NCBI GenBank assembly: GCA_903960915.1
Contig: CAJCCO010000043.1
Coordinates: forward strand, 6,574 to 70,573
DNA from: an uncultured beta proteobacterium
Lineage (GTDB): Bacteria; Pseudomonadota; Gammaproteobacteria; Burkholderiales; Burkholderiaceae_C
DNA length: 64,000 bases
Reading direction: 5' to 3'
A model generated the notes under the pieces. The model saw nothing but the letters and a program-made list of their open reading frames with translations. It did not search any database and was not told the DNA's origin. A program made the position numbers and the translations under genes. Of this stretch, positions 1-9,884 are shown in pieces; position 1 is the first letter of the stretch, and the number at the start of each line of letters is the position of its first letter.

Positions 1-465
1 CTGCGCGGTGTCCGGCCCAATGGTGATGCGAAAGTCGTGCGACGCCAGTTGGGTGGGCGCCATCGAGTGGTTCATCCACTCATAGCCCTCGCTGTAGACG
101 GCCAGTTGCGTGCCAAACGGGCGCTTGTCAGACTCCCCCTTGGCGCGTTGGTACACCAGCGAGCGCTGGGCACGCGAGAACGGCGTGGCCTCGCTGTCAC
201 TTTCAATAAAGTACTGGCGAATTTCCGGACGGATGAACTCCAGTATGAAGCGCAGGTGCCCAATGATGGGGTAGTTGCGCAGGATGGAACGCTTGTTTTG
301 GCGCAAGTCGTACACGCCCGTGGCCAGCAGCCCGGCAAACAGCACCAACCAAAGCCCGCCCGAGCCAAAAACCACCAGGGCAAACAGGCTCAGCAGCAAG
401 CCGAAACCGCAGGCCGCCAAGGGCATAAAGCGAACAGGAAAAATGGAATCGAGGAATTTCAGCAT
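1..465 (-). CDS. FMN-binding glutamate synthase family protein (GltB domain-2-like), N-terminal part; gene runs off the left edge
   Basis: Own minus-strand translation from the ATG at 465-463 gives MLKFLDSIFPVRFMPLAACGFGLLLSLFALVVF...RNYPIIGHLRFILEFIRPEIRQYFIESDSEATPFSRAQRSLVYQRAKG. Two hydrophobic N-terminal helices are followed by the conserved RNYP..GH.R...E..RPE.RQYF block of this family. It is absent from the ORF track because it is open at the window edge. Confidence 0.7.
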   Translation of the reverse strand, partial: MLKFLDSIFPVRFMPLAACGFGLLLSLFALVVFGSGGLWLVLFAGLLATGVYDLRQNKRSILRNYPIIGHLRFILEFIRPEIRQYFIESDSEATPFSRAQRSLVYQRAKGESDKRPFGTQLAVYSEGYEWMNHSMAPTQLASHDFRITIGPDTAQ

Positions 466-553
466 CAAGGGTCTCCGGCGCAAGGCGCGTGAATAGGTAT
501 CGGATGCACAGGGCAAGGCAAAATGGGGGTATTCCCGTATCACAAAGACACGT

Positions 554-1378
554 ATGACCAGCCCCGAGACTCTCGCCCCCTTAAGCCCTGAAGCGTTTGA
601 CGAGATCGACGCCATTCTCGACGACTTGCGCACCCGCTACGACGAAACCCCGCAGTGGGAGTTTTGCGAAGGCTTCATGGCCGCCCTGGTTTGCTGCCGC
701 CGCCCCATCCCCCCGTCGGAATACCTGCCGGTGTTGCTGGGCATCGCAGCTGATGAGGCGCCAGCCTCGGATGACGAGGCTGATGACGAGGCAGTTGACG
801 ACGAAGGCTCATTTGCCGACGCCGCGCAGGCCAGCCGCTTCATGGCGCTGTGGACCCAGCGCTGGAACGAAGTGGCCGCTGCCCTGAATGTGTCCATCGA
901 GTCGCTGGACGACGACAACGCCTACCACCCCGAGGTGATGGACGTGCGCGGCGCCATTGCCGCGCTGCCCGAGGACGAGCGCGCCACCATGGCGGGCGAA
1001 GATATTCCATCGTTCGGCCAGGTCTGGGGCTTGGGCTTCATGTTTGCGGTAGAGGCCTGGCCCGACGAATGGGCGGCACCGCGTGACAAGGAAGCGGTTA
1101 AGTGGCTGGACGCCGCACTGGAGTCCATCGTGGCCCTGACCGAAGACGACACCGGCGAGCCCACGCTGTCGGTGTTTGACGACGACGGCCCACCCAGCGT
1201 CAGCACCCAGCGCATCAACGCCTTTGCCGACGCACTGTGGGCCGTGTACGACCTGCGCGAACTGTGGCGCAACTTTGGCCCGCGGGTGCACACCGTGCAT
1301 GCCGTGGCTACGCCCGGGCGCAACGATGCTTGCAGCTGCGGCAGCGGTAAAAAATACAAAAAGTGCTGCGGCGCCTGA
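554..1378 (+). CDS. YecA/UPF0149-like protein with C-terminal SEC-C metal-binding motif
   Basis: 274-aa ORF with an acidic N-terminal region. The C-terminus CSCGSGKKYKKCCG is the SEC-C zinc-binding motif. Confidence 0.75.
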   Translation: MTSPETLAPLSPEAFDEIDAILDDLRTRYDETPQWEFCEGFMAALVCCRRPIPPSEYLPVLLGIAADEAPASDDEADDEAVDDEGSFADAAQASRFMALWTQRWNEVAAALNVSIESLDDDNAYHPEVMDVRGAIAALPEDERATMAGEDIPSFGQVWGLGFMFAVEAWPDEWAAPRDKEAVKWLDAALESIVALTEDDTGEPTLSVFDDDGPPSVSTQRINAFADALWAVYDLRELWRNFGPRVHTVHAVATPGRNDACSCGSGKKYKKCCGA

Positions 1379-1459
1379 GCTGCAACGCAACGGCCTTCAC
1401 TTCATAACGAATCAACCCCCGGCGCCACCGCGCGCCACAACACCAAGGAAACACAGCAC

Positions 1460-2173
1460 ATGGGCGCGCAATGGAAAGCTAAAGGCAAAGAACTGGCGGC
1501 CAACGCCAAGGGCAAATTGTTTGGCCGCTTGGCCAAGGACATCATGATTGCCGCGCGCAGCGGCGCCGACCCGGCCTCCAACTCCCGACTGCGTCTGGTG
1601 GTGGAGCAGGCGCGCAAAGTCTCCATGCCCAAAGAAACGCTGGAGCGCGCCATCAAGAAGGGCGCAGGCCTGACCGGTGAAACGGTCAACTTTGAGCACG
1701 TGATTTACGAAGGCTTTGCGCCGCACCGCGTGCCCGTCATGATTGAATGCCTGACCGACAACGTGAATCGCACCGCGCCTGAAATGCGCGTGCTGTTTCG
1801 CAAGGGGCAGATGGGCACGTCTGGTTCGGTGTCCTGGGACTTTGACCACCTCGGCATGATTGAAGCCGAGCCCGCCGTGGCCGGCGCCGACCCCGAGCTG
1901 GCCGCCATCGAAGCCGGCGCGCAAGACTTTGAGCCGGGCGAAGACGAGGGCAATACCCTGTTCCTCACCGACCCCGCCGACCTCGACCTGGTCAGCCGCG
2001 CGCTGCCCGCCCACGGCTTCACCGTGCTGTCCACCAAACTCGGCTACCAAGCCAAGAACCCGGTCGACCCGGCCAACCTGACACCAGAACAACTGGAAGA
2101 AGTTGAAGCCTTCCTCGCCGCCATCGACGGCAACGAGGACGTGCAAAACGTTTATGCCGGCTTGGGTGCGTAA
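1460..2173 (+). CDS. YebC/PmpR family DNA-binding transcriptional regulator
   Basis: 237-aa ORF. The N-terminus [41 protein letters not shown] and the size are typical of the YebC family. Confidence 0.9.
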   Translation: MGAQWKAKGKELAANAKGKLFGRLAKDIMIAARSGADPASNSRLRLVVEQARKVSMPKETLERAIKKGAGLTGETVNFEHVIYEGFAPHRVPVMIECLTDNVNRTAPEMRVLFRKGQMGTSGSVSWDFDHLGMIEAEPAVAGADPELAAIEAGAQDFEPGEDEGNTLFLTDPADLDLVSRALPAHGFTVLSTKLGYQAKNPVDPANLTPEQLEEVEAFLAAIDGNEDVQNVYAGLGA

Positions 2174-2214
2174 GCCGAAGTGGCTGGCGGTCCACAAGCC
2201 TGAACCGCCCGTCA

Positions 2215-2997
2215 CTAGCCGTTCAAACGAAGATCTAGACACACACCGGAATGGTCGCTGGGCAATACCCCTGTGCATGCATCGACGTGGTTCAGCACCA
2301 CGCGAGCGCCTGCCCATTGAACCGGGCGTCGTCCAGCAAACAAGAGGTGGTCCAGGTCTGAGTCCGCGCCGTCTGTGCTGCGGTGTGTAACCTTCACAGC
2401 CCCGCCAGCGGCTTGGTAAGCGTCCTGCCAGGGCGCAAATGGGCTTGCCAAAGTGTGCAGGTCTAGCTCGGGTAGGGCCGCGTTGAAGTCACCACAGATA
2501 AATTGCAAGTCAGTGTCAGTGTGGCCGGCCAGGGTTTTCGACAGGGCGTGTAATTGCTGCTGCCGCAGCGCAGCGCCGCCTGCAAGGGGCGACAAATGCG
2601 ACAGGTGCACATTGGCGATCAGCAGCCTCACGCCGGCCACTTCCATGCGGCACAGTTGGGCGCTGCGGCCACCGTCTTCCAGGCTGGACGGCAGTGCAAG
2701 GGCTTGGCTGTCATCAAACGAGAACCGTGACAGCATCGCCAGTGACGAATAGCTATCGACGTTACAGCCCTCGACTTGACGCACTTTACGGCGTTCATGG
2801 ACCAGTGCCACGTTCATGTGCAGTGCTGATGCCAAATAACCTGCAGTGCAGCGCTGGCCGTCGGCACTGTGAAAAGACTCTTGCAGCGCAACGATATCGG
2901 GCTTGAGCACCTGCAGTTGCCCACGCAGCGCCAACAATCGCTGGCTGTAGGGGCCATCACACTTCCAGGTGTTGATGGTGATCAGTCGCAGGTTCAC
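2215..2997 (-). CDS. Endonuclease/exonuclease/phosphatase (EEP) family protein, last gene of the phn transcription unit
   Basis: 260-aa ORF with the EEP-fold motifs LITINTWKC...DIVALQE and a C-terminal SDHSGV. Its GTG start overlaps the stop of the upstream transferase gene (GTGA at 2994-2997). Confidence 0.75.
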   Translation of the reverse strand: MNLRLITINTWKCDGPYSQRLLALRGQLQVLKPDIVALQESFHSADGQRCTAGYLASALHMNVALVHERRKVRQVEGCNVDSYSSLAMLSRFSFDDSQALALPSSLEDGGRSAQLCRMEVAGVRLLIANVHLSHLSPLAGGAALRQQQLHALSKTLAGHTDTDLQFICGDFNAALPELDLHTLASPFAPWQDAYQAAGGAVKVTHRSTDGADSDLDHLLFAGRRPVQWAGARVVLNHVDACTGVLPSDHSGVCLDLRLNG

Positions 2998-3653
2998 AGC
3001 GTGGTGCGTGGACCGTACTTGGCTAGAAAGTTCCGTACATCGTAAAAATCGCCCAGCCGGTTGGCCAGCGTTTCATGGTCCCAGTCCCACCAAGCGGTGG
3101 CTTCCAGGGCTTGCGCGATATCTTTGGGAAAGCGCATGCGCAATACGCGCGCAGGGGTGCCGGCCACAATGGCATAAGCGGGGACATCTTTGGTGACGAC
3201 GGCATTGCTGCCGACCACGGCACCATTACCGATGCGTATTCCGGGCATGATGACCGCGCCATGACCGATCCAGGTGTCGTGTCCGATGTATACCCGTTGA
3301 CGCCGCCGCCATTCAAAGAAGGCGGTGTCGTCGTCTGGCGCTAATGCGTATTGCGTTCTTCGATAGGTGAAGTGATGCAGGCTGGGTCGTTCAATCGGAT
3401 GAAAGCCTGGATTGATACGGACCATGGCGGCAATATTGGAGAACTTGCCAATGTCGGTGGACATCACCTCGCAATTGCGTTGCAGGTAAGAATAATCACC
3501 CAGCACGCTGTCTGTCAGGCGGACATAGTCATCCACTTCGGTGTAACGCCCAAACCGGCAGTCACGCACTTGGCAAGTAGGCGAGAGCGTAGGCGCAAGC
3601 CCCAGTGTCTGGCTTTCTGGGACGTTGTGGTTTTGAATGTGTGTGTAGTGCAT
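2994..3653 (-). CDS. Phosphonate-metabolism-associated hexapeptide-repeat transferase (LbH/XAT-type acyltransferase)
   Basis: Left-handed beta-helix repeats are present (IGHDTWIGHGAVIMPGIRIGNGAVVGSNAVV). The gene lies directly after phnE. Start chosen at the ATG at 3653 (MHYTHIQN), downstream of the phnE stop; the ORF track allows 3695. Confidence 0.75.
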   Translation of the reverse strand: MHYTHIQNHNVPESQTLGLAPTLSPTCQVRDCRFGRYTEVDDYVRLTDSVLGDYSYLQRNCEVMSTDIGKFSNIAAMVRINPGFHPIERPSLHHFTYRRTQYALAPDDDTAFFEWRRRQRVYIGHDTWIGHGAVIMPGIRIGNGAVVGSNAVVTKDVPAYAIVAGTPARVLRMRFPKDIAQALEATAWWDWDHETLANRLGDFYDVRNFLAKYGPRTTL

Positions 3654-3675
3654 GACGGGATGGCGGAAAAATTCT

Positions 3676-4512
3676 TTAGTGCGCCTTGGGACCAATCAGC
3701 GCGGTACGCAGCTTGGTGCTAAGCATGTCAATCAACATGACGGTTACCAACACCAGCAAGATGACAAAAGCCAGTGGCTGAAATTCAAGCATGCGAATTT
3801 GTTCTGAAAGAATCAAGCCAATGCCACCCGCACCAATGATGCCGATGATGGTTGCGCTGCGCGTGTTGGACTCGAAAAAGTACAGCACTTGGCTGAGCAT
3901 GACGGGTAATACCTGCGGGAGGATGCCAAAGCGAATTTGTTGTAAACGGTTGCCTCCTGTGGACGCCACACCGTCAACGGCCTTGCGGTCTGCCGTCTCA
4001 ATGGCTTCGGAATAAAGTTTTCCAAAGCTGCCAATATCTGCGCAGATGATGGCCATCACCCCTGCAAAAGGCCCCAAACCGACCACGTTGATCCAAATTA
4101 GTGCCCAGATAAGCATGTCTACACTGCGCAGCGTATCGCAGCTGCGGCGAGCGACCAACAGCACCAGCCGATGTACGGTGGTGTTGCGTGCCGCCAGAAA
4201 TCCCAGCGGAAAGGCCAGCAAGGCGGCAATCAGGGTGCCCAAAAAAGCAATGGCGACGGTTTCCACCATGGCCACCATATAGTCCCTAAAGGGCCCATGC
4301 CAACCTGGATCTGGAGGCAGCATCAAGACCAGTATTTCTCCCAGCTTGTTCAGACCCTTGAAGATGCGAAATAGCGAAAAGTCAATATGGTACAAACCGA
4401 AAATAAACACCGCCAGTGCCAGCAGCAAGAGGGCGATCAACTTGAGACGCGTCGCCAAGGGCGCTCCAAATTGCTGGGGGTAGCGGTATTTGAAATGTTC
4501 TATGCGGCTCAT
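3676..4512 (-). CDS. phnE: Phosphonate ABC transporter permease PhnE (copy 2)
   Basis: 278-aa polytopic membrane ORF with an ABC permease EAA-like loop (LYSEAIETADRKAVDGVASTGGNRLQQIRFGILPQV). It lies adjacent to phnC/D. Confidence 0.85.
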   Translation of the reverse strand: MSRIEHFKYRYPQQFGAPLATRLKLIALLLLALAVFIFGLYHIDFSLFRIFKGLNKLGEILVLMLPPDPGWHGPFRDYMVAMVETVAIAFLGTLIAALLAFPLGFLAARNTTVHRLVLLVARRSCDTLRSVDMLIWALIWINVVGLGPFAGVMAIICADIGSFGKLYSEAIETADRKAVDGVASTGGNRLQQIRFGILPQVLPVMLSQVLYFFESNTRSATIIGIIGAGGIGLILSEQIRMLEFQPLAFVILLVLVTVMLIDMLSTKLRTALIGPKAH

Positions 4513-5390
4513 AAGCTGGTGTCTCCATGCAGAATCCGCGTGCGAATGCGCTGGGTCAGTTGGTCAATCAGCATGACGGTGACAATGATGAGCAACAAAA
4601 TGGCACTGACGTCGGCGTAGTAAAACTTGCGAATCGCCTCCAGCAGGGTCTGGCCTATTCCGCCCGCCCCTACAAAGCCCAACACCGCAGCGCTGCGCAC
4701 ATTGACTTCAAAGCGCAACAAGGTGTAACTGACAAAATTGGACAGCACTTGGGGAAGCGCAGCAAAGCGCACTTTGTCGAGCCAGTTGCCGCCCGTGGAA
4801 AGTACGCCTTCAACAGGTTTCATCTCAATGTTTTCCACCACCTCCGAAAACAGTTTGCCCAAAGAGCCCATGGTGTGTATGGCGAGCGCCAGCACACCAG
4901 GCAGAGGTCCAAGACTGAAGGCAATGATGAAAATCAGCGCAAAGACCAATTCGGGGACAGTCCTTGCAACTTCCAGAAAACGCCGTGCAGAAAAAACAAG
5001 CCAGCGCTGGGCGGTGATGTTCTTGCTGGCTAAAAAACACATCGGCAGTGCACCCAACGCGCCCAGCAGCGTGCCCATGTAGGCCATCAGCAGCGTCTCT
5101 GCCATCTGTGCCAGCCAGGTCTTCCAACCCCAAAACCATTCCATCGGGTTGGTGTAGACCCGTGCGCCGCTATCCAGGTTGAAGAGGCGGTCAATATAGC
5201 TGGTGAAGTTGCCGATGTTGCTGAAAAATTTATAGGCATTTATCTCTGTCAACCAGGCAGAGATGATGATCAACAGCAACAACAGAAAAAAGCCCAAGGT
5301 GCTTTTTTTCCGTTTTTCAGCCTTTGCCTGCGCATAAGCCTCCTGCAAATGGAGCAGTCGTACAACAGGCAAAGGGCTGACATTAGACAT
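4509..5390 (-). CDS. phnE: Phosphonate ABC transporter permease PhnE (copy 1)
   Basis: 293-aa polytopic membrane ORF, a paralogue of the next gene (LFSEVVENIEMKPVEGVLSTGGNWLDKVRFAALPQV). It has a 4-nt overlap with the downstream phnE. Confidence 0.85.
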   Translation of the reverse strand: MSNVSPLPVVRLLHLQEAYAQAKAEKRKKSTLGFFLLLLLIIISAWLTEINAYKFFSNIGNFTSYIDRLFNLDSGARVYTNPMEWFWGWKTWLAQMAETLLMAYMGTLLGALGALPMCFLASKNITAQRWLVFSARRFLEVARTVPELVFALIFIIAFSLGPLPGVLALAIHTMGSLGKLFSEVVENIEMKPVEGVLSTGGNWLDKVRFAALPQVLSNFVSYTLLRFEVNVRSAAVLGFVGAGGIGQTLLEAIRKFYYADVSAILLLIIVTVMLIDQLTQRIRTRILHGDTSL

Positions 5391-5401
5391 GAGGAATTAC
5401 T

Positions 5402-6301
5402 TTATTTCTTACGCAGTGCGTCGACAAACTTGTTGAGTTCAACGATGGGCTCGTAAGCCGCATGGTCCACAGTTTGAAAGGGTTCGTTCTTGCCATCAGA
5501 GAGCTTGTCAAAAGCCGCCTTGGCTTTGACGGGCGAGTCCATCAGCGCCTTGGCAATGCGTTGTTTGAGTTCAGCGGGCAAACTGTCCAGGTAGGCATAA
5601 GGCGAATTAACAATGATGTCCGACTTGTAGATCATGCGGAAGTCTTCCTTCTTGACCATCTTTTTGTCGACCATGCGCTGCAGCTCTGAATCGGTCTCGT
5701 TGTTCCACCAGTTGGCAGCCACGTCCACGGTGCCTTGGTTCAAAGCGGTGATCGCGTTGATGTGGGTGCCTGTGTAGATGACCTTGCCAAAGAAATCTTC
5801 GGGCTTGATATTCATCTTGCTAAGGGCGTAACGCGGCACGTTGTTGCCTGACGTGGAATTCGGATCGACTAGACCGATATTTTTACCTTTGAGGTCCTGA
5901 ATGCTTTTGTAAGGGGAGTCGGCTTTGACATAGAAAACAGAGTAATAGCCTTTGACGCCGCCTGCTGAGACTTCAATGGCGAATGGTGTGATCTTTGCGC
6001 CCGTCATGCGCGCGCGGGCATAGGAGGCCGGGCCATAGTAAGCCACATGCACTTGTTCAGCCCGCTGAGCTTCAATCACAGCCGCGTAATCAGAGGCAAT
6101 GCGCAATTTGAAGGGGATGCCCACTTCTTTGGAAAGGTACGCCAAGAAGTCTTTGTAGCGCTCGGTCACGATGGCTGCGTTTTCTGCAGGGGCGGCTGAG
6201 AAAATGAGTTCAGGGTACTTGCTTTTCCAGTCCTGTGCTTGTGCTTGGGTGGTCAGTGCAACGGCGGCCGCCAGGGCCAAAATGTGTCTACGGTTCATCA
6301 T
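5402..6301 (-). CDS. phnD: Phosphonate ABC transporter substrate-binding protein PhnD
   Basis: 299 aa with signal peptide MMNRRHILALAAAVALTTQAQA. It has a periplasmic binding-protein fold and sits between phnC and phnE. Confidence 0.85.
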   Translation of the reverse strand: MMNRRHILALAAAVALTTQAQAQDWKSKYPELIFSAAPAENAAIVTERYKDFLAYLSKEVGIPFKLRIASDYAAVIEAQRAEQVHVAYYGPASYARARMTGAKITPFAIEVSAGGVKGYYSVFYVKADSPYKSIQDLKGKNIGLVDPNSTSGNNVPRYALSKMNIKPEDFFGKVIYTGTHINAITALNQGTVDVAANWWNNETDSELQRMVDKKMVKKEDFRMIYKSDIIVNSPYAYLDSLPAELKQRIAKALMDSPVKAKAAFDKLSDGKNEPFQTVDHAAYEPIVELNKFVDALRKK

Positions 6302-6337
6302 GAAAAAATCCTTGCGTATTAAAGGTAGGTTAAAAAA

Positions 6338-7147
6338 TCAGGCGAAGGCTTGTACAGCTTTCTTCTCCCCTGAAAGGTCGGTGGCATAGGCGTGACCAGC
6401 ATCAATTTGCTGTGCGCCCAGTCCATACAGACGGGTCACCAAAGCATCGGTTAAAGCATCAGGCGGGCCATCGAAAACCACCTCGCCATCGGTCAGACCG
6501 ATCAAGCGGGTGCAGTAATCGCGGGCAATGTCGAGTGAGTGCAAATTGCAGATAACGGTGATTCCCAGATCACGGTTGATGGCGCGCAGTGAATCCATCA
6601 CGGTTTTGGTGTTGCGTGGGTCAAGCGAGGCAATCGGTTCGTCAGCCAAAATAATGCGAGGTTCTTGCACCAGGGCACGACAAATGGCGACACGCTGCTG
6701 TTGACCGCCAGAGAGTTGGTCGCAGCGTTGCGCTGCAAACTCACCCATGTCAAAGCGCTCCAATACGGCCAGTGCACGCACGCGGTCTTCATCGCTCCAG
6801 AGTTGCAACAAGGAGCGCCAGTTGGGCACCGAGGTCAAGCGCCCCATCAGCACATTGGTGAGCACATCCATGCGCCCTACCAGATTGAACTGTTGAAACA
6901 CCATGGCGCAAGCGCGGCGCCATTGACGCAGCTCACGGCCTTCCAGGCGGGTGATGTCCAAGTCGCCAAAGCAAATGCTGCCGCTACTGGGTTCTTCCAG
7001 TCGATTGATCATGCGAAGCAGTGTGGATTTGCCTGCGCCCGAACGGCCGATAACGCCGACAAAGCTGCCAGACGAAACGGACAGACTGACATTTTTGACA
7101 GCGTGATTGCTGCCGTAGGACTTACTCAGATTTGCGATGTTCAGCAT
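6338..7147 (-). CDS. phnC: Phosphonate ABC transporter ATP-binding protein PhnC
   Basis: Walker [10 protein letters not shown], signature LSGGQQQRV and Walker B ILADEP. It heads the phnCDEE sub-cluster. Confidence 0.9.
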   Translation of the reverse strand: MLNIANLSKSYGSNHAVKNVSLSVSSGSFVGVIGRSGAGKSTLLRMINRLEEPSSGSICFGDLDITRLEGRELRQWRRACAMVFQQFNLVGRMDVLTNVLMGRLTSVPNWRSLLQLWSDEDRVRALAVLERFDMGEFAAQRCDQLSGGQQQRVAICRALVQEPRIILADEPIASLDPRNTKTVMDSLRAINRDLGITVICNLHSLDIARDYCTRLIGLTDGEVVFDGPPDALTDALVTRLYGLGAQQIDAGHAYATDLSGEKKAVQAFA

Positions 7148-7228
7148 GAAAACTCCAGTTTCGAAGCAGGTATGTTGAATAAGATTTGTGACAACAGCAT
7201 GTAAATAAGAGGGGGTGAAAGCAATTTC

Positions 7229-8383
7229 TTAAAGAACGCGCTGGCCTTGCCGCCAAACGGCCCGAACAACACCGTGATGCGACCCATCTGGCATGACGAC
7301 GCGATGAACACGAATCAGATCAGCACGTAAACCGGCCTTGATTTCGCCCCGATCTGTAAAGCCAGATGATTGCGCTGGGTTGCGGGAGACCATGGCGACA
7401 GCTTCTGGCAGGCTCAACAATTGATCGTCAACAAGGCGCCACACCGCAGTGAGTAAACTGCCTGGTACGTAGTCAGATGACAAAATATCAAGCAAGCCCA
7501 GGCGTGCTAATTCGGACGCGGCGACGTTGCCAGAATGCGAGCCTCCACGCACTACGTTGGGCCCACCCATAACGGTTTTCAACCCGCGCTGGTGCGCCTC
7601 ACGCGCCGCATTCACGGTGGTCGGAAACTCGGAGATGGAAGCGCCTTCGAGGGCGGCTTGCACCACATGCTCTATGGTGGTGTCATCATGGCTGGCCAAG
7701 GCGATGCCATGGGTTCGGCAGTAGTCCACAAAATAGGCCCGATGAGGTTCGGCATACTGTGACTGCAACCTGGCTGAATGCAAAACTTGTTGCTCAAATT
7801 TTTCTTCGCTCCAGCCTTTCTTACCCGTGTAGTACACCCGAGCATGGTCGATGTTTTCCCATTGACGTTGACCGGGCGTGTGGTCCATCAGTGAGATCAA
7901 GGACAAACGTTGATGCCCATGGAAAGGTTTGAAGAGCTCAATCGTGTTGGCCGCGGGTAATTCACAGCGCACATGCAAGTGATGATCGGCGCGAAGAATG
8001 TTGCGTTGGGTGCAGTCGTCAATGACGGAGATGACCTTGCCCATATCGCCACCACGCAGGCTGTCGTGCTCTACATCACCCACCCCCATGGCATCAAAGA
8101 CGGTAGTGATGCCAGAGGCACAAATTTCTGCATCATGGGCCAACAAGGCTGGCAGTTCACCCCAATGCACTTTAGGGCGGGGGATGAGGTGGCGTTCGAA
8201 GTTATCGGTGTGAATTTCAACAAAGCCTGGCATCAGGTAGTCGTCTTCCAGGTCGATGGCTTCTGCTAAACCGGTCGAGCCTGCGCTCACAGTCGCTATG
8301 TTGCCGTTTTGCACTTGCAGCGTGCCCTTGAGTACCTCTTGCCCCAAGACCAGACGGGCATTTTTAAAAACAGGGTTCATCAT
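7229..8383 (-). CDS. phnM: Alpha-D-ribose 1-methylphosphonate 5-triphosphate diphosphatase PhnM
   Basis: 384-aa amidohydrolase-fold ORF (VEIHTDNFERH metal motif). It follows phnL with a 4-nt overlap. Confidence 0.85.
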   Translation of the reverse strand: MMNPVFKNARLVLGQEVLKGTLQVQNGNIATVSAGSTGLAEAIDLEDDYLMPGFVEIHTDNFERHLIPRPKVHWGELPALLAHDAEICASGITTVFDAMGVGDVEHDSLRGGDMGKVISVIDDCTQRNILRADHHLHVRCELPAANTIELFKPFHGHQRLSLISLMDHTPGQRQWENIDHARVYYTGKKGWSEEKFEQQVLHSARLQSQYAEPHRAYFVDYCRTHGIALASHDDTTIEHVVQAALEGASISEFPTTVNAAREAHQRGLKTVMGGPNVVRGGSHSGNVAASELARLGLLDILSSDYVPGSLLTAVWRLVDDQLLSLPEAVAMVSRNPAQSSGFTDRGEIKAGLRADLIRVHRVVMPDGSHHGVVRAVWRQGQRVL

Positions 8384-9099
8384 GATGTGAGCTCTCTGAA
8401 ATTTGCAACCGAGACATGCCGTGTTGCGACCGCTTGGCCAACATGCACATCATGAAAAATACCGACGATGGCGGCCCCTCGCGTGCGTGCCTCGTGAATC
8501 AGTTCAATAACTGTTTGGGTATTGGCGGCATCCAGGGACGCCGTCGGCTCGTCGAGCAACAACAAGGGCCTTGGCTTGATCATGTTGCGTGCAATATTGA
8601 TGCGTTGCTGCTCACCCCCAGAAAACGTGGCAGGAGGCAAAAGCCAGAGACGCTCTGGAATGCGCAGACGCTCCAGCCACTGCTTCGCTTCGTTGCGTGA
8701 ACTTTCCCACAACTGGGGGTCAGCGATACCCTCATCCATGAGGGATTCGGCCACAATGTCCAGGGCGCTAACGCGCGGAATAACGCGTAAGAATTGGCTG
8801 ACATAGCCGATGGTTTGCTGACGCAGTGCAATCAATTCGCGCGGTGTCGCTTGCGTCACATCTACATCCACGCCATCGGCACCTGTGACCAAAATTTGGC
8901 CGGAGTTGCTACGGTAGTTCGCATAAATGAGTTTGAGCAAGGTGCTTTTCCCCATGCCGGAGGGTCCGTCCAGCACGACGCATTCACCGGCGCTTACCGT
9001 CAGATTCACATGGTCAAAAACGGGAATTTCCAAACTGTTTTGGTTATGCAGCGTAAATACCTTGGCCACGCCAGTGAGTTGCAAGAGAGGTTTATTCAT
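8380..9099 (-). CDS. phnL: C-P lyase system ATP-binding protein PhnL
   Basis: 239-aa ABC-type ATPase (GPSGMGKST, FSGGEQQRINIAR) in the phnK-phnL-phnM order. Confidence 0.85.
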   Translation of the reverse strand: MNKPLLQLTGVAKVFTLHNQNSLEIPVFDHVNLTVSAGECVVLDGPSGMGKSTLLKLIYANYRSNSGQILVTGADGVDVDVTQATPRELIALRQQTIGYVSQFLRVIPRVSALDIVAESLMDEGIADPQLWESSRNEAKQWLERLRIPERLWLLPPATFSGGEQQRINIARNMIKPRPLLLLDEPTASLDAANTQTVIELIHEARTRGAAIVGIFHDVHVGQAVATRHVSVANFRELTS

Positions 9100-9884
9100 G
9101 GCTGTAGTACCGAGGAAACGAGTAGTTGGGTATAGGGATGTTGGGGGTCGTCTAGCAGCTGATCGGTGAGGCCTGACTCGACCACGGAACCTCGGTGCAT
9201 CACCACCATTCGGTGCGCTAATAGGCGGGCCACGGCCAGGTCGTGGGTGACGATGACCACAGCCAATTGCATGTGCCGGTTCAGCTGGCGCAACAGGTCT
9301 AACAAGCGCGCTTGCACGGACACATCTAGCCCTGAAGTGGGTTCATCCATGAAGACCAGACGCGGTTGCGTGACCAGGTTGCGGGCAATTTGCAGGCGCT
9401 GGCGCATGCCGCCTGAAAACATCTGCGGTGTGTCGTCAATGCGGTTGGCATCTATTTCCACACGTTCTAACCAGTCAGCCGCTGTGGCACGCAATTTTCC
9501 GTAATGGCGATGCCCCAGGCCCATTAACCGTTCGCCCACATTGGCGCCGGCTGAAACGTCCATGCGCAAACCATCCGCCGGGTTTTGGTGCACAAACCCC
9601 CAGTCAGTCCGAGCCAGCAACCGTTGTTGCGCCTGGCTCATGGCATAGATGTCCTGTAGCCCGACATCACGTACGGCAAACTCAACGCGACCTTGATCGG
9701 GCCGACTGCGAGCAGCAATGGTGTTGAGCAAGGTGGTTTTGCCTGAGCCTGATTCACCCACCACGGCCAGTACTTCGCCAGGCCACAGGTCAAAACTGGC
9801 TGACTGCAAGGCCACATGGTGGCCGTAACTTTTGCTGACACTATGAACGCGCAACAAAGGCGTTGACGATGCGTGCGTGCTCAT
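9096..9884 (-). CDS. phnK: C-P lyase system ATP-binding protein PhnK
   Basis: 262-aa ABC-type ATPase (GESGSGKTT, FSGGMRQRLQIAR) immediately after phnJ. Confidence 0.85.
   Translation of the reverse strand: MSTHASSTPLLRVHSVSKSYGHHVALQSASFDLWPGEVLAVVGESGSGKTTLLNTIAARSRPDQGRVEFAVRDVGLQDIYAMSQAQQRLLARTDWGFVHQNPADGLRMDVSAGANVGERLMGLGHRHYGKLRATAADWLERVEIDANRIDDTPQMFSGGMRQRLQIARNLVTQPRLVFMDEPTSGLDVSVQARLLDLLRQLNRHMQLAVVIVTHDLAVARLLAHRMVVMHRGSVVESGLTDQLLDDPQHPYTQLLVSSVLQP

Noticed and set aside
37-492. Plus-strand ORFs 37-492 and 275-496 at the left edge
   Set aside because: They are Arg/Gln/Lys-rich nonsense-like translations. They lie antisense to a well-conserved minus-strand reading frame (FMN-binding glutamate synthase family N-terminus) that starts at 465.
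7177-7197. Pho-box-like sequence between phnM and phnC (minus strand TTGTCAC AAAT CTTATTC)
   Set aside because: Only the first 7-mer resembles the CTGTCAT repeat. The second repeat matches about 2 of 7 positions, which is insufficient to call a PhoB site.
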